DNA from: Eledone cirrhosa
Taxonomy: Eukaryota
Length of the DNA: 64,000 bases
Direction of reading: 5' to 3'
NCBI GenBank assembly: GCA_964016885.1
Contig: OZ024747.1
Span: 78,864,001-78,928,000 of the forward strand
Positions within the stretch are counted from its first letter, which is position 1, and every line of letters starts with the position of its first letter. Of the stretch, positions 13,691-26,697 are shown one piece after another. The position numbers and the translations under genes are program-made. Under the pieces are notes generated by a model. That model ran no database searches. It had not been told where the DNA came from and saw only the letters and a list, made by a program, of their open reading frames with translations.

Positions 13691-14645
13691 TTAAGGCAAG
13701 TTAGAGTTCAAAGGTGATGTAGAATTTGTATAAATTGTTAGCAGAACTGATTTTCTTTCATAGATAAATACTCTTCACATCCCTAACTACTAAATTGTGA
13801 AGACGAATTGGTACCATATTTGTTTCAAGAAAATACTCAGAGGTATTTAATATTTTGCTTAAGGGGACAAACAAAGATTATGAACTTCTAAACAATAGTT
13901 TTATCTCAACATCAGGTAATATTTTGTACTCATGTAAGAAATACATTTGTGCGATTAAAGTACTGGCCTACTGGTTGCAACTCTTCCTAACCCTTTTCAT
14001 ACCAAACCACTTGAAACCAGCCCTGGTTCTACAATACTAATAAACTATTTGTAAACAAGTCTTATAAATTATTGAAGCACTGGGTGAATTTGAAATTCTC
14101 TAAAGGTGGGGTTCTCACATTTTTAACTAAACTGTTTGTTTTGAAGTGTTTATATTTATCTAGAAACATTCCATCATTTTATGTAAGAATCTTTATTTAA
14201 GTTAAGTTACAAATATGAACTTCATAATGAGAAAATCTGTCATATTACTAAATCCCTCCAAATGCTTGATTATGCAAACTTTGCTATATCTAATGGAGTG
14301 TGTCTTTCAATTTCTAATTTTTGCTTTCAACAGTCTGTTTATATTATATGGTTCTAACATCTATGGAAATTTATCTGAACTTTTGAATCACAATTAACAA
14401 AGTAAATCACATTTACAGTTACAATTCTTTTCTTTCTTTAACACCAAATTTTCTCAACGTTATCTCCAACTGTTAAAACAGTGGTAATACAAGTTCCTTT
14501 TATCAGCTAAGGAAAAACTGATGAGTTTTAAATCACCATTTCCCAAATATTTAATGAGATGTAAAAGTAAGCTTAAAGCTATGAGACAAAAGTATTGCGT
14601 AAACAAAACAAAGAGTTAAATCTAACAATAAAATTCAGCATTTAC

Positions 14646-14708
14646 CTATATTTGTTTTTTGTGAACAATGCTTATTTTTCTCCATGGCAACCTCATGGCT
14701 CCTGGAAT
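14646..14708 (-). CDS. Candidate 63-nt internal exon (phase 1-1: SRSHEVAMEKNKHCSQKTNI)
   Basis: Strong acceptor gttttcattttcttctttacag|AT and donor TAG|gtaaat. Length is a multiple of 3 and only one frame reads through. Confidence 0.55.
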   Translation of the reverse strand: MPGAMRLPWRKISIVHKKQI

Positions 14709-15241
14709 CTGTAAAGAAGAAAATGAAAACATGTTTAACTATTAATATACTTGCAAATCAGTAATCATATACCACATGAACTAGCAACATTCTATATAAA
14801 TTTTATAAACCTGTGTGTGAGAGAGTGTAGGAGAGGTGTTCGACAGACTTGGCAAAACAATACATGCAAAATGGATAATCATGATCCAGAAAATATGCTC
14901 TCTTTTTTTCTTTTTCTTTTACAGTTTACATTTATTTTCAAGTAGATAAGAATCCTGCTTCTAAAAGCAGTTGTTGACAAATAGAAATGTGAGACCAAGG
15001 AATATATCATCATTATCACCATCATCATTTAACATGTTTTTCCTGCTAGCAAAGGTTGGACAGGTCTTCACAGACCAACAGACCAAGTCAGTACTCAAGT
15101 AGAGCTACTGGTCTACCAGGCAGGCCAAAATATATAATGAAAAGGATCAATGACAGCTACACTAGATCTTTCTCACAGCACATACATAAAACAGAGAGAA
15201 GTGTGAGAGGCAGATGTGGCAGGGAAAGGACATGTACTTAA

Positions 15242-15451
15242 CCCTTTAATGTTCAAACCGGCCAGAATTCTCCCCCTCTTTCTGTTGAAACTGGCTGTAA
15301 CTGGTCGCTCAAACTGATGTTAAGGTATTGTACTCGAAATAAATACTTTCAAAATCTCATAGATTCGATATTATGTGAGATAATTATGCGAGGTAAAGCC
15401 TTTATTATGAAAATATAATAGTATATATAGAGTAATGTGAATGCTAAAGGG
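15242..15451. mobile_element. piggyBac-like MITE, family P1
   Basis: ttaa|ccctttaatgtt...aatgctaaaggg|ttaa. Confidence 0.8.
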
Positions 15452-16261
15452 TTAAGGCATATTGTTTGTGTGCACTCCCTTTTACCTCAACCTATAAATC
15501 AAATCCCTTATAACTTTACACATTAAAACCATTTCATTCAGGGTCTTCATTAAATGCTTGTCACACACACGTCCAACATTTGATATTGTACCTATTCTTA
15601 TAATTTGAATTTGATTAAACTTTATTCCTTTTTGTAATTCCTGATGATATGCAGATGTTATGTGTGTGATATCTTGTGTATGATAGTCTTATATAACCCT
15701 ACATTATTTGTATAGAAAACTGTGGAAGAGGAGGTGATTAAAATCCTATTAGTTTTAGAAAACTTTCCTCAACTCACCAATGCAACAATAAATAGAAATA
15801 TGGGAAGACTAGATTACAGGTGGAGGCTAAATTTACTTGAAAAATGATATTGGATTCAACCCTCTACAATAACAAGAAAAAAGATATATGAAATACTAAT
15901 GAGTTTTAACCCTTCTGATACAAAACAGTCCAAAACTGATCTTGCTTGTATGATACAAAGTTGTTTGTTTTAAAATAAACTTACCATCATTTTTCATAAG
16001 AAAATGTTATATTTTAAATGGTGTGTTATATTATTAAATCAGTACATATTCTTGACTATTTTCAAAATCATTTGAAATTCAGAGGCAGTCTTTCATTAAA
16101 AATATGGTAACAAAAGAGCTAAAATAAATTTTATTGGAGAACTTTTATACATGCTGGCTAGAGATCTCTTGTCACTTCAGTGCTCCATTGGGATCACAAA
16201 CTAAACTATGCAATGGCCAAGATTCAAAGAATAAGTAACAAATAGGTGGCATTTCCCTTAC

Positions 16262-16314
16262 TATCGTTTGGGGTAGCGCTATTCTGTCTGCTGTGACCAT
16301 GAGGCAGCATATAC
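16262..16314 (-). CDS. Candidate 53-nt internal exon (phase 2-1: YMLPHGHSRQNSATPND)
   Basis: Acceptor ctccttatccccag|G and donor ATA|gtaagg; GC-richer than the flanks. The phases fit the microexon upstream and exon 14646-14708 downstream. A second frame (ICCLMVTADRIALPQTI) is also open. Confidence 0.45.
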
Positions 16315-18956
16315 CTGGGGATAAGGAGTGTGTATGTATGTGACAGTCCTTGATCAACTGATTCATACTGTTACCTTTGGACACTACATATACACATACA
16401 TACACACACGATTCCACAGTTATTTAAACAAATTATTATTCAATATGTATTTTCTTACACAAATGTCTCAAAAATACAAAAGTAAATACAATATTCAACA
16501 TTGAAATAGACACTTGCAATTAACAGTACATACAATAAGCATTTTAAGACTATTTCCCTGCTATAACAGAAATTACCCTTGTGGGCCCCATGACAAGCTT
16601 TCCCACTTCATTAACCACCTGGTTTTCATTTCCTCATCCATCATCTTTAGCCATATCTTTCCTTCCCCTTCCATTACTTCTTTCAAAAGTCACTTTCCTC
16701 TTTCTTCAATGCCTGACCCAGTCATCTCATACCATTTCTTTTTACAACATTCACATCATCATCTTAGAATAAAAATAAATTCTGCTAGATAAAGAAAAAT
16801 ACAATTTTCTCTTTTTCTCAGACTAGAGACACTTTTAACAAGATTTTAAATGATTTGTTTCTCACAAGTTTCAAAAACTCTGAGAGACAACAAACTGAAT
16901 GTAGTAGACTTCAATCAAAAGAGAATATGCTACATATGCAAATACTAAATAATATATAATCATGTTGTTGTTTTGTGTGGTTATAGCTTACACTTGCATT
17001 GGTTTATCTGGCTTCTTATGATATTACATCTCGGAAGTCTATTAAGTATTTTAATGCTAATAGCCCTAGTCTTATTGTCACCTTTTTCTGGTGTAGGAAA
17101 TGAAATTTGATCTCAGAATGCATAGATCCAGAACAGGTATCACAAGATATCTCATCTAACACTAACAATTCTGCTAATTAACCAACTTAGACTTGTATTT
17201 TATTTATCAACCCCCAAAAGACGAAAAGTTAAGTTGACCCCAACAGAGTTTGTATTCAGTTTACAGAGAGTCAGATCAAATACAGAAAATCATTTAATCC
17301 TACACTCTAACGACCCTACCAACTTGCTGCCAATACAAGATATGGTAATGTTTCAAGATCAAATTAGAAAGTAGCATATTTGGTATTCTAAAATTACAGG
17401 GTGAACTCCAGATAAGTGAGGTATGTTTCATCTTTACCATATGTCTGCTGAAGCAAGGCTGGCCTCAACAACTAAAAACTATACAGATGTACTGAAAAAT
17501 ACTATCTGAATGGATTAAGCTACAAACGTCTTGGATGAAAAGATAAAATAATGTAATCTTGTTAGTAAAATAATTCAGTGTATTTATGTCTAAAATGAAT
17601 CCCTTATCTGATCTAATGACTCAGTTATTTAAGTCAATAATAAAAATGGTAACTCATCAAAAGGAATTACATAAAATAATATAGACATTTGCAAGAACAT
17701 TTACAGGAAGTAATTCTGAAGATGGGATATAAATGCTTTTCAGATCATATTAACAACTGACAGGTCCTACCATCTACTGCCTGTTTTTGTTTTTTTTCCC
17801 CTACCATTTCGCCTTTAGCAGAGTTACAAGCTTTTGTACCAGACTTCCCGTTTTTTTCCAATCCCACATTTTTCATGTAAATATTCAGACAAAGCATTAG
17901 CCACAATCTCATCAGTCTGGAAGGGTCTACAAAAGTAATGGTAATTGCCCCTTCTCCTCTGACTAACTAAAATGAAAAATATATTTATTGTTATTTTTCT
18001 TTTTAGCTATGCAAGAATAGGTGAGGTAGCTTTGTAGATTACTGTAACAAATAGTTCTATGGCTGGATATATAGTACAAAATAAAATAACACTTATATTC
18101 ATTTATTTAGTTACATTGGAGCAAGCAGATTGATGAAATCTTGTCTAGAGTTACAAAGGAATAGAAGCAGCAAAGTTTTAACTACTGGATTAGTCATAAA
18201 CCCACACTTTCATTGATCTTAAAGCCATTAGGGCTCTATTAAGTAAATCTTTCTGATTTAGCCCCAAAACAACAGCATTGGAGGTTGATTATATCGACCC
18301 TGTACTTCACTGATACTTTATTTTATCAACTCCAGAAGGATGAAAAGCAAAATTGACGATGGTGGGATTTGAAAGCAGAACATGGGTTGTAACAAAATAT
18401 TGTAGTGTGCTTCATCCAACACAATGGTTCTGCCAATCTATCAGCCTGGTCTCCATTAAGTAATGAAAACAAATAAAACACAATCTGAGTTAATGTAAAT
18501 TGATGTAAAATTATTTTTCTCATGATATCCAACAATATCCTGCATTGTCTAAAACTCAAGAGAGTTCTCTTTACTCTTTAGTAGAATGGATTACAGATAC
18601 ATTCAGATTATTTTGTCCATAACTAATTCTTTCATACATAATAAATTTCACTAGAAATACAAAAAAAAAAAATAATAATAATGACCATTACACACATATT
18701 TTCAAACAAAACCCAACATATCAAATATAGGCTACATCCCACCTCAGTGTTATTTATATTTTACCAAGAAAGCTGAAATGCTAGGTAGGTACCTTAGCAA
18801 CATTCTATCTAGTCATAACTTTCTCAATACATGATATTATAGCAAATAACAGTCTGGGAATCAAACTCCCAACCTCACGATTGTAAGTCTAACACTCTAA
18901 CCACTAAGCCATTTACCTTTACACACACATACATACAAATATATCTATATATATAT

Positions 18957-19170
18957 GTTTTTCGAATATTAATAATAACATTCGATTCGTTTGCAAACAA
19001 GCCTCCTTTTTAAAGCCATGTCAGTAGAATGAACCCTTCATTCTTGCTCATGTGTTGGCATCTAAACAGACATGAGCAAGAATGAAGGGTTCATTCTACT
19101 GACATGGCTTTAAAAATGAGGCGTGTTTGCATAATTGCAACGAATCGAATGTTGTTAATATTCAAAAAAC
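18957..19170. repeat. 214-bp fold-back hairpin of non-SINE sequence
   Basis: Perfect 47-bp stem (19007-19053 with 19070-19116), 16-nt loop, and an imperfect outer stem reaching 18957/19170. Confidence 0.92.
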
Positions 19171-19991
19171 TCAGATTACATTTATTGTATTCAGCCATGT
19201 AGAGCGAAAAAATGTTTTATATATATATATATATCATCATCATCTATTGCTGATTTTCTGTGTTGAAAGTGATGTAAATAACAGTAGTAGACAGACAATC
19301 ACAATAGAATGGATCACTAGACTGGCAAGATAGAAGTCAAACATCATCTGGACCAGAATACTGGGCTGGATGGTTCAAAGTATTAATCAAACTAGCTCCC
19401 AAGAATGCATTATATATGCAAATCAGTCTATAGTAATAGTGGGGCTTATAGCTCGTCAGCGCTGTAAATGGATGTTAAACGATGATGGTGATGATGATGA
19501 AATTTCAACATAGGATTAAAACTAGCCAGGCTAATACCAGTTTTTCTGTCCATGAGTATATTATACTGAAAACATGGTGTTTGTATCGGTCTCTACACAA
19601 TGTTGGTTAACATCTATATATTCTAGAATACAGTATACTACTATTTATAAACTGTCATATCATTTCTTTATAATCCAAGAAAAAAATATAAGCAAATTTT
19701 AAACAGTCATTTTCATGACTTATTGCCAACATTCTTATTTTGATCACTTGCAATTTACTATTATAAACCAAAAATTAAATACATACAATACAGACTTCTA
19801 CTGAAATAATTAGTAGTTATAACTATGATGAATCAACACAAATATTAGTCATTTTAAAAAGTTAAAATTAGTAATGGCAAAAAGGTTTGGCACATGGCAT
19901 AAACTACAAGTGTGTAGTTGAGTAAATTTAAAAGCTACTAATACAAAACTGCTTGAAATCCTGGTTCTATAATACAAAGCTCTTTGTTTAA

Positions 19992-20196
19992 CCCTTTACC
20001 ATTTACATTACTCTAAATATACTATTGTATTTTCATGGTAAAGGCTTTATCTCACATAATATCGTATCTATGAGATTTTGATATTTATTTTGAGAACAAT
20101 ACCTTAAAGTCGGTATGAGGAGCAAGTTATGGCTAATTTGAACAGAAAAAGGTGAGAGAATTCTAGCCAGATACGGCCGCTTTAAATGCTAAAGGG
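19992..20196. mobile_element. piggyBac-like MITE P1 nested in a P2 MITE
   Basis: ttaa|ccctttaccattt...aaatgctaaaggg|ttaa. The flanks join into a P2-family element. Confidence 0.78.
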
Positions 20197-21124
20197 TTAA
20201 AAGTTATATTTAAATTTTAAACTTCAATGATAATTTTATGTAAGAAAATATTAAACTATGTTCCAAACATAAGCTTAATAATGAAAAGGTTTATTATATT
20301 ACTAAATCCCTACAAATTCTTGATTATTTACAAAATTATAAGCAGTCTTTCATTAGAAATATGGTAACTGGGTTAAAAAGTTATCTAGAGTTAGAATTAA
20401 TAGTGAAATGGTTGTCCACATGTGTAACTGAGTAAATTGTAATTCATTTCACTATGAACATCTCACTTGTACTTCATTGTCTTACCTTTTTATTACAAGT
20501 TCATTCATGGGAAAGTTGTTTTCTGTTACACATACAATGACAGTAATTTCACTATTTAACAATATAAAATGAAGTATGTAACCTGGACGAAGTAATTTAA
20601 TAACTCTTTTAGTATCAAACCACATGAAACCCCACCTTGGTTCTATGATACAAAGACGACCCGAGTTTCGATGTCAGAAAATTTTGCAGTTGTTTCAAAA
20701 AGTTATTTTACTAAATCTCCCAAAATGGTTTTAACTATTTGAAAATCACACACAGTATCTTTCATTAGAAATATGGTAATGAAATGACTTTGAAAGTAAG
20801 GTGATAGTGCTGTTGCTTTTGACAACCAAATACCAATATATATATATTCTATCAATTAGACAGGAAAGCAGGCAACACCCATAATCATTTTTTTTTTTCC
20901 CAGGGCCGCCAAAATGGGGCCATGGAAGTATAGTACCTTCAAACTGAAGACCTAGCATAAATGCTTGCAACAAAGTGGACTCCACTATAGGCGCCCGGAG
21001 CCCATGTGGTGGTGTTAAACTGAGCCACAAAATATGTCTACTATCCAATATATATATATATAATAGTAGTACTTTAATGATTGCAAGAAATAACATAACA
21101 GGAGGAAGAGTAGGGAAGTAAAGA

Positions 21125-21313
21125 TTTGTTTCTACTTTTGGCACAAGGCTAGCAATTATCCCAGTACATTAACTGGTACTTTATTTTATCGACCCTGTAA
21201 GGATAAAAGACAAAGTTAACTTTGGTGGGATTTGAACTCAGAACGTAAAGGGCCATAACACCATGCGACAAAGCATGGTATCCAGCTCTTTACCAGTACT
21301 GCCAATACACCGC
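21125..21313 (-). mobile_element. tRNA-derived SINE S1
   Basis: Aligns end to end with the S1 copy at 42985-43177. Confidence 0.8.
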
Positions 21314-21893
21314 CCAAAGATTTGATATGTAATGAGGCAAAAAGGAGGGCAGGAAAGATTTAAAAATAAATGTTCTATAGAATTGGCTGTTGAGGTGAAA
21401 GTCACTGACACAAAAATAAATAACAATTCTTAAAAGTTTGATCATGTTTTTATAAAGAAATTCATGGTCATACAATAAGTATATGCAAATATACATTTGT
21501 GGCTAATTTATGGATATATTTATACACCTAGATGTACCTATATATGTCTGAAAACCTTTTTTTTTTCCATATGTATGCCCACCTAAATAAATAAAGGAAA
21601 CCAAATTAAAAATACCAAAATTAAAAGAGAAGGTGGAGTATAAAGATATGAAGGAGAGAAGGGAAGGAAGTTTTACCTAGTACTAGACATGTTCTACAGA
21701 ATTTGCAGTTGGGGTGAATGTCGTTAATACAAACAATTCATTAATAACATGAAGTCACCTCTTAAAGGCGCAATCTATTTTTTAAAACAACATGGCCATT
21801 CATAGAGTATATATAGACATGTTGATACAGTCATGTATAGATATATATTTACTAACATATATGTATATACACACACAGACACACATAATGTGG

Positions 21894-21930
<37 letters not shown>

Positions 21931-23149
21931 AATATATATATACACACACACACACAAATACATGCATATATGTGTATCCTACCCATTTCAGAATGTAAAG
22001 ACAGATGCAGCTACATTGTACTGCCAGATAACACTTGCCCACTGTCTCTACAAGACAACTCCACAATCCAAAACCCTCCCCACAACTTGCACTGCCAAAT
22101 TTATCACTGAATTCCTTGCTCCTTGGTCAACCATGCCAACATGGAAAGCTGGGTGCACTCCACCAATCCATCAAACATCACTCACTTCCCTTAAAGCTAC
22201 CACTCCCTCTATAAGTTAGTAATAAGCAGCCTACACTCCGCTTCCCTCACCACACTCACCGCCCTCTCAGCCGAGCTGAGGAGACAAGTGCACTAGTGTT
22301 GAAATGTAGTAGTAATGGTTCCACAACAAAATACACTAGGCTTAACTGGAAAGTGGGAAGCACTGATGAAATACACCCAGTCCACTCTGTAGTGGTAATG
22401 TTTGTACCATAAAAATGCACCTACTCCACTCTGCCAGATGGTAGTGGTGGTGCCACAAGAAAACAAACCAGGCACACACGCATATATATGTGTGTGTGTG
22501 TATGTGTATGTATGTGTTGAACAATGAAAACAAAAGGCAAAGTTTAGTGCTTAAACAGTTCATTGTTTTACAATCGTTTCAGACAAGTAGATATATATAT
22601 ATGTATATAATATACACACTTGCATACACACGTGTGTGTAGGATACAGAAGATTAAGTATTAATAGTGTATATTAGTAGATTAGTTATATGGAGTTAATA
22701 ATAGGGATTAAAATGTTCAATGGGAAATATATTGTTTATGTGAAAGAAGTAAGATCCTCTAGTCAATCTATGAAGAAAAGATTTCATTACATTTTTTCCA
22801 TTTGAACTTGATCATTCACTCTAGAAATGATACAGAATATCTGGAGTGGAAATTTATCTGCCATTTTCTCATTGTAAGATGTTTTTCTCTTTTTTTCAAT
22901 GACTTTTATTATTCAGATATTTTCATAAGTAATTTATTTCCATTTCATTAGACAAAGGCTTCCATAAACATTGAAATGTAAATTTAAAATTTACATCTAA
23001 TAATTCTACAGTTTTAGCTAGCCTCTTACAGAATCACATTCCATATCCCATAGAAGTTTCTTAGGTGTTTTAATGAATCATCTTGCAAAAAAATACAACA
23101 CACCACCCAGGCCTTATGATCCTCAGTTCTACACCTTAATCATTAGACT

Positions 23150-23350
23150 ACATTCCTTCATTATTACATGTTACTCTTGGGTGGTCCTTCACCTTAAGAA
23201 AATTGGTGAAAATAATATTGCATTTGACATCTGCAAAGGCTTCAACTGTATCTGGTATAAGAATTTCCTTACTAAGTTGCTCACTTGTAATCAGATTTGT
23301 CTCTCATATTGGGGATCAGAAACTTCCTGTTGGGCTGCATCATTAGAGTA
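23150..23350 (+). mobile_element. Degenerate CR1/Jockey-group LINE RT fragment
   Basis: IAFDICKGFNCIWYKNFLTKL resembles the ALDISKAFDRVWHxxLLxKL RT motif. Confidence 0.6.
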
Positions 23351-23937
23351 AGGCAAGAATAGTTAAAATATCAGATAGGATCATTTGTGGGTCTCATGAA
23401 TGCAAATCTACTTTGATTGAAAAATAAAGTACCAGTCCAGTACTAAGGTCAATTCTTTATATATGTGTGTGTGTAGGTATGGGTGTTTGTAATACAAATA
23501 AGTATGTACATGTCTTCTCTTTCCTTGCCTCCTTCATTCTCTGCCCTGTCCCCACCCTACTTTCTAGAAATAGCTCAAGTGTGACATTCCATCACTATCT
23601 TTCACCAATACCAAATGACTATCAACAAGCCAACCAGCCAACTCCCATTTTTTTATTTCAAGCTTCATGCATGAGTGGGTTCCAAACTCATATTTGGCTG
23701 AAGTACCCTAATTCCAATATTTCAGCACATGACACTTTATTTACATTACTGACTGACCAAACTAGAAGACACCAAAGAAGCAATCATTACTATTGAAAAT
23801 GTGGAAACGGGTTGAAACAACTGGGCTCACCCTTGGGATTCTACCTCTTTACTATTGCCACTCTGCATCTCATTCAGGGTACTAACTTGATTTGTGGTTT
23901 CCCTAGTCATTGCACTGTAGATTTATATCATTATTTA

Positions 23938-24252
23938 TCGGTAGAGGGTCAGACGTCATGCTTTGACACATAGAGTTACGGTCCTTTCCATTCTGAGTTC
24001 AAATTCCGTCGAGTTCAAATTCCGTCGAGGTCAACTTTGCCTTTCATCCTTACGGGGGTCGATAAAATAAAGTACCAGTAATGTACTGGTAATTGCTGGC
24101 CTTGTGCCAAAAGTAGAAACAATTATTTAATGTAGAATTCAAATCCCGCCGAGTTTAACTTTGCCTTTCGTCCTTATGGGGTCGATAAAATAAAGTACCA
24201 GTAATACACTTGGTATTTGCTGGCCTTGTGCCAAACATAGAAACAATTATTT
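23938..24252 (+). mobile_element. Two tandem S1 SINE copies (second 5'-truncated)
   Basis: B box gagttcaaattcc (locally duplicated 16-mer), core gcctttcatcct..gggtcgataaaataaagtaccag and tail gtagaaacaattatt, all present twice. Confidence 0.82.
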
Positions 24253-24390
24253 AAAGTAGAAATGGCTTCTGCAGGACTAGAACTATTTCAGCTGTTGACT
24301 GTAATAAACAGCCAGTGGGTAAAACATGGTCACGAATGATCATGGCATTTGCACCTTAGAAAGTTCCCCATTGATTACCCTATATATATA

Positions 24391-24433
<43 letters not shown>

Positions 24434-25157
24434 GATACTTAGTAAAATCGAATCTCTGGCGGTGTGCAAGCAAATTCGGCCTACTATGTGAATGCGTTAA
24501 CAAAGCACTCGACAAGGTAGGTCCTCAGAGTAATAACATACGTTTAAAAGGCTTGACAAATTGAACATTGTGGTAGGCAAAATCTAACACACAATATACC
24601 AAAGTAACTAAAGAACTAATAGGTTGAGAAAAATACACGTATATATATATATATAGGGAAATGACCCTCTTTGGTCACGAATGATCATGGCATTTGCACC
24701 TTAGAAAGTTCCCCAGTGAGGCAGAAATCCTGGGCAAGTTTGTGTGTGGAAGACCAACAGTCACCCATACAATCCAGTCACGCCTCTCTACACCACCAAT
24801 GTTGTCCAAGGGAAAGGCAATGGCCGATACAGCTTGACACTTATGACGTCACAACTTGTTTCTAAAGCTGAGTAACCCCCCCCCCCACACACACACACAC
24901 ACGCACGCACACGCACACATTACATATAATCATTAATATGTTTGTTGTAAGGTATGTTGCTGTATGTTTTACATATTACAGACATCTGCTGACAGACCTC
25001 TCTAGACATTGAATAAAGGGATAATATATATTATTTTATATCAGTAAAGACAGTTACTTGTAATACATGTTTTACCCACTGGCTGTTTATTACAGTCAAC
25101 AGCTGAAATAGTTCTAGTCCTGCAGAAGCCATTTCTACATTAAATAATTGTTTCTAT

Positions 25158-25161
<4 letters not shown>
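24233..25161. repeat. 96-bp inverted repeat pair (24233-24328 / 25066-25161)
   Basis: The arms are reverse complements with one mismatch. Each comprises a SINE tail plus unique flank. Confidence 0.9.
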
Positions 25162-25220
<59 letters not shown>

Positions 25221-26506
25221 TAAGTGTGTGTGTTTGCCACCAAGTCTTCCTTTTATATTGAACACCATCGGCACAGGTCATCTCAATATACACCTCCTAT
25301 GAAAAGAAATCTCATCTTCATGCTAACTCAAGCAAATGTGAACCAGTTTGTTGCTCGCTTCTTTATCCATGTGGTATTGTTATGGAATAGTCAAGATTCA
25401 AACTTATTGGATGGTTTCAATTTAGATAGATATCATGTTAGTGATAGAGCTAATGTGGTTGTTAGTTTATGAGTATCCGAAGCATTAATTAAAAAGATGT
25501 ATTAGGGTATTTGGAAGCAGATATTTAGTCAGAATGTATTCTTGGTTTGGGTAGGCTGATGGTCTCTTTTACAGAAATATACCATTTGACAAAAATGTCC
25601 AACCCTTTTAATACTAAGCTGCCCACAAATGTCACACTAAAATAAATAATTGTTTCTACTTTAGGCACAAGGCCAGCAATTACCCAGTGCATGACCGGTA
25701 CTTCATTTTATCGACCCCATAAGGATGAAAGGCAAAGTCAACCTCGGCGGGATTTAATAATAGTCTTTCTCAGTTGTAGGTTTAAACCAAATTCTGATGT
25801 TATAAATGGCATCACTGACATCTTTAATATTAGGTCGTATAAAACCTAATATCTTCTTGCTAATTATACTGATGTCAGATTCTGATAGGTTGATGAAGCT
25901 AAAAGAAAGCCGATTAAATGTGCTAACCTTCTGGGTGTGAGTTCAAACCTTGCTTTAGCATATTTATACATAATCTTAACTTGTAATGATTTAGTAGAAA
26001 ATGTCTAAAAACAGGGTCACTTAATTTGAATGTTTATAGTGTCTTTACTAATGGAGAGATCATTGCAAAAATTTACAGTTTTATAGTAAAACTTTAATAA
26101 TTTTTAGTATATTGCAGCCATAGTGCTGTTTTGTACTTTTCAAGAATGTATTGCTAATGTGGTTTCTAGTGAGAGAGGACATAAAAACTTAAACAGAGCC
26201 ATTACTAACTAAAAGATATTCTGATCATGAACAACGAAATGTAAATAATACACTCCAGTGTTTTGATTAAAGGATGTGGTTTCAAGATCAATACCAAACA
26301 CGACAAACACCTGAAGAAGGTTGGAGAGTACAAATGTTGAAATATAACCAAGATTAGGATATTGGTTTAATTAAATCAGTATTATAACAATTCATTTCAT
26401 AAATTTAGTCCAAATTTACTCTAATGTAAAACAACATTTGTTGAGTATAAGAATGTTCTCTATCATCTATTTCTAATTTAGTTGCTAAGTCTCAGTAATA
26501 TTATTT

Positions 26507-26697
26507 GGTGGATTGGCAGTATCGGTAGAGAGTCGGACACCATGCTTTGAAGCATAGAGTTACGTCCCTTTATGATTTGAGTTCAAATCCCGCTAAGGTT
26601 AACTTTGCCTTTCATCCTTACGGGGTCGATAAAATAAAGTACCAGTAATGTACTGGGTAATTGCTGGCCTTGTGCCTAAAACAGAAACAATTATTTA
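26507..26697 (+). mobile_element. tRNA-derived SINE S1, near full length
   Basis: A box tggcagtatcgg, B box gagttcaaatcc, core gcctttcatccttacggggtcgataaaataaagtacc, ATT-type tail. Confidence 0.85.

Noticed and set aside
17438-17471. 34-nt minus-strand exon candidate (VEASLASADI[W]) ending ATATG|gtaa like the microexon
   Set aside because: The pyrimidine tract is short with a nearby AG, and the length is not frame-equivalent to the 24-nt exon. It cannot be supported without RNA data.
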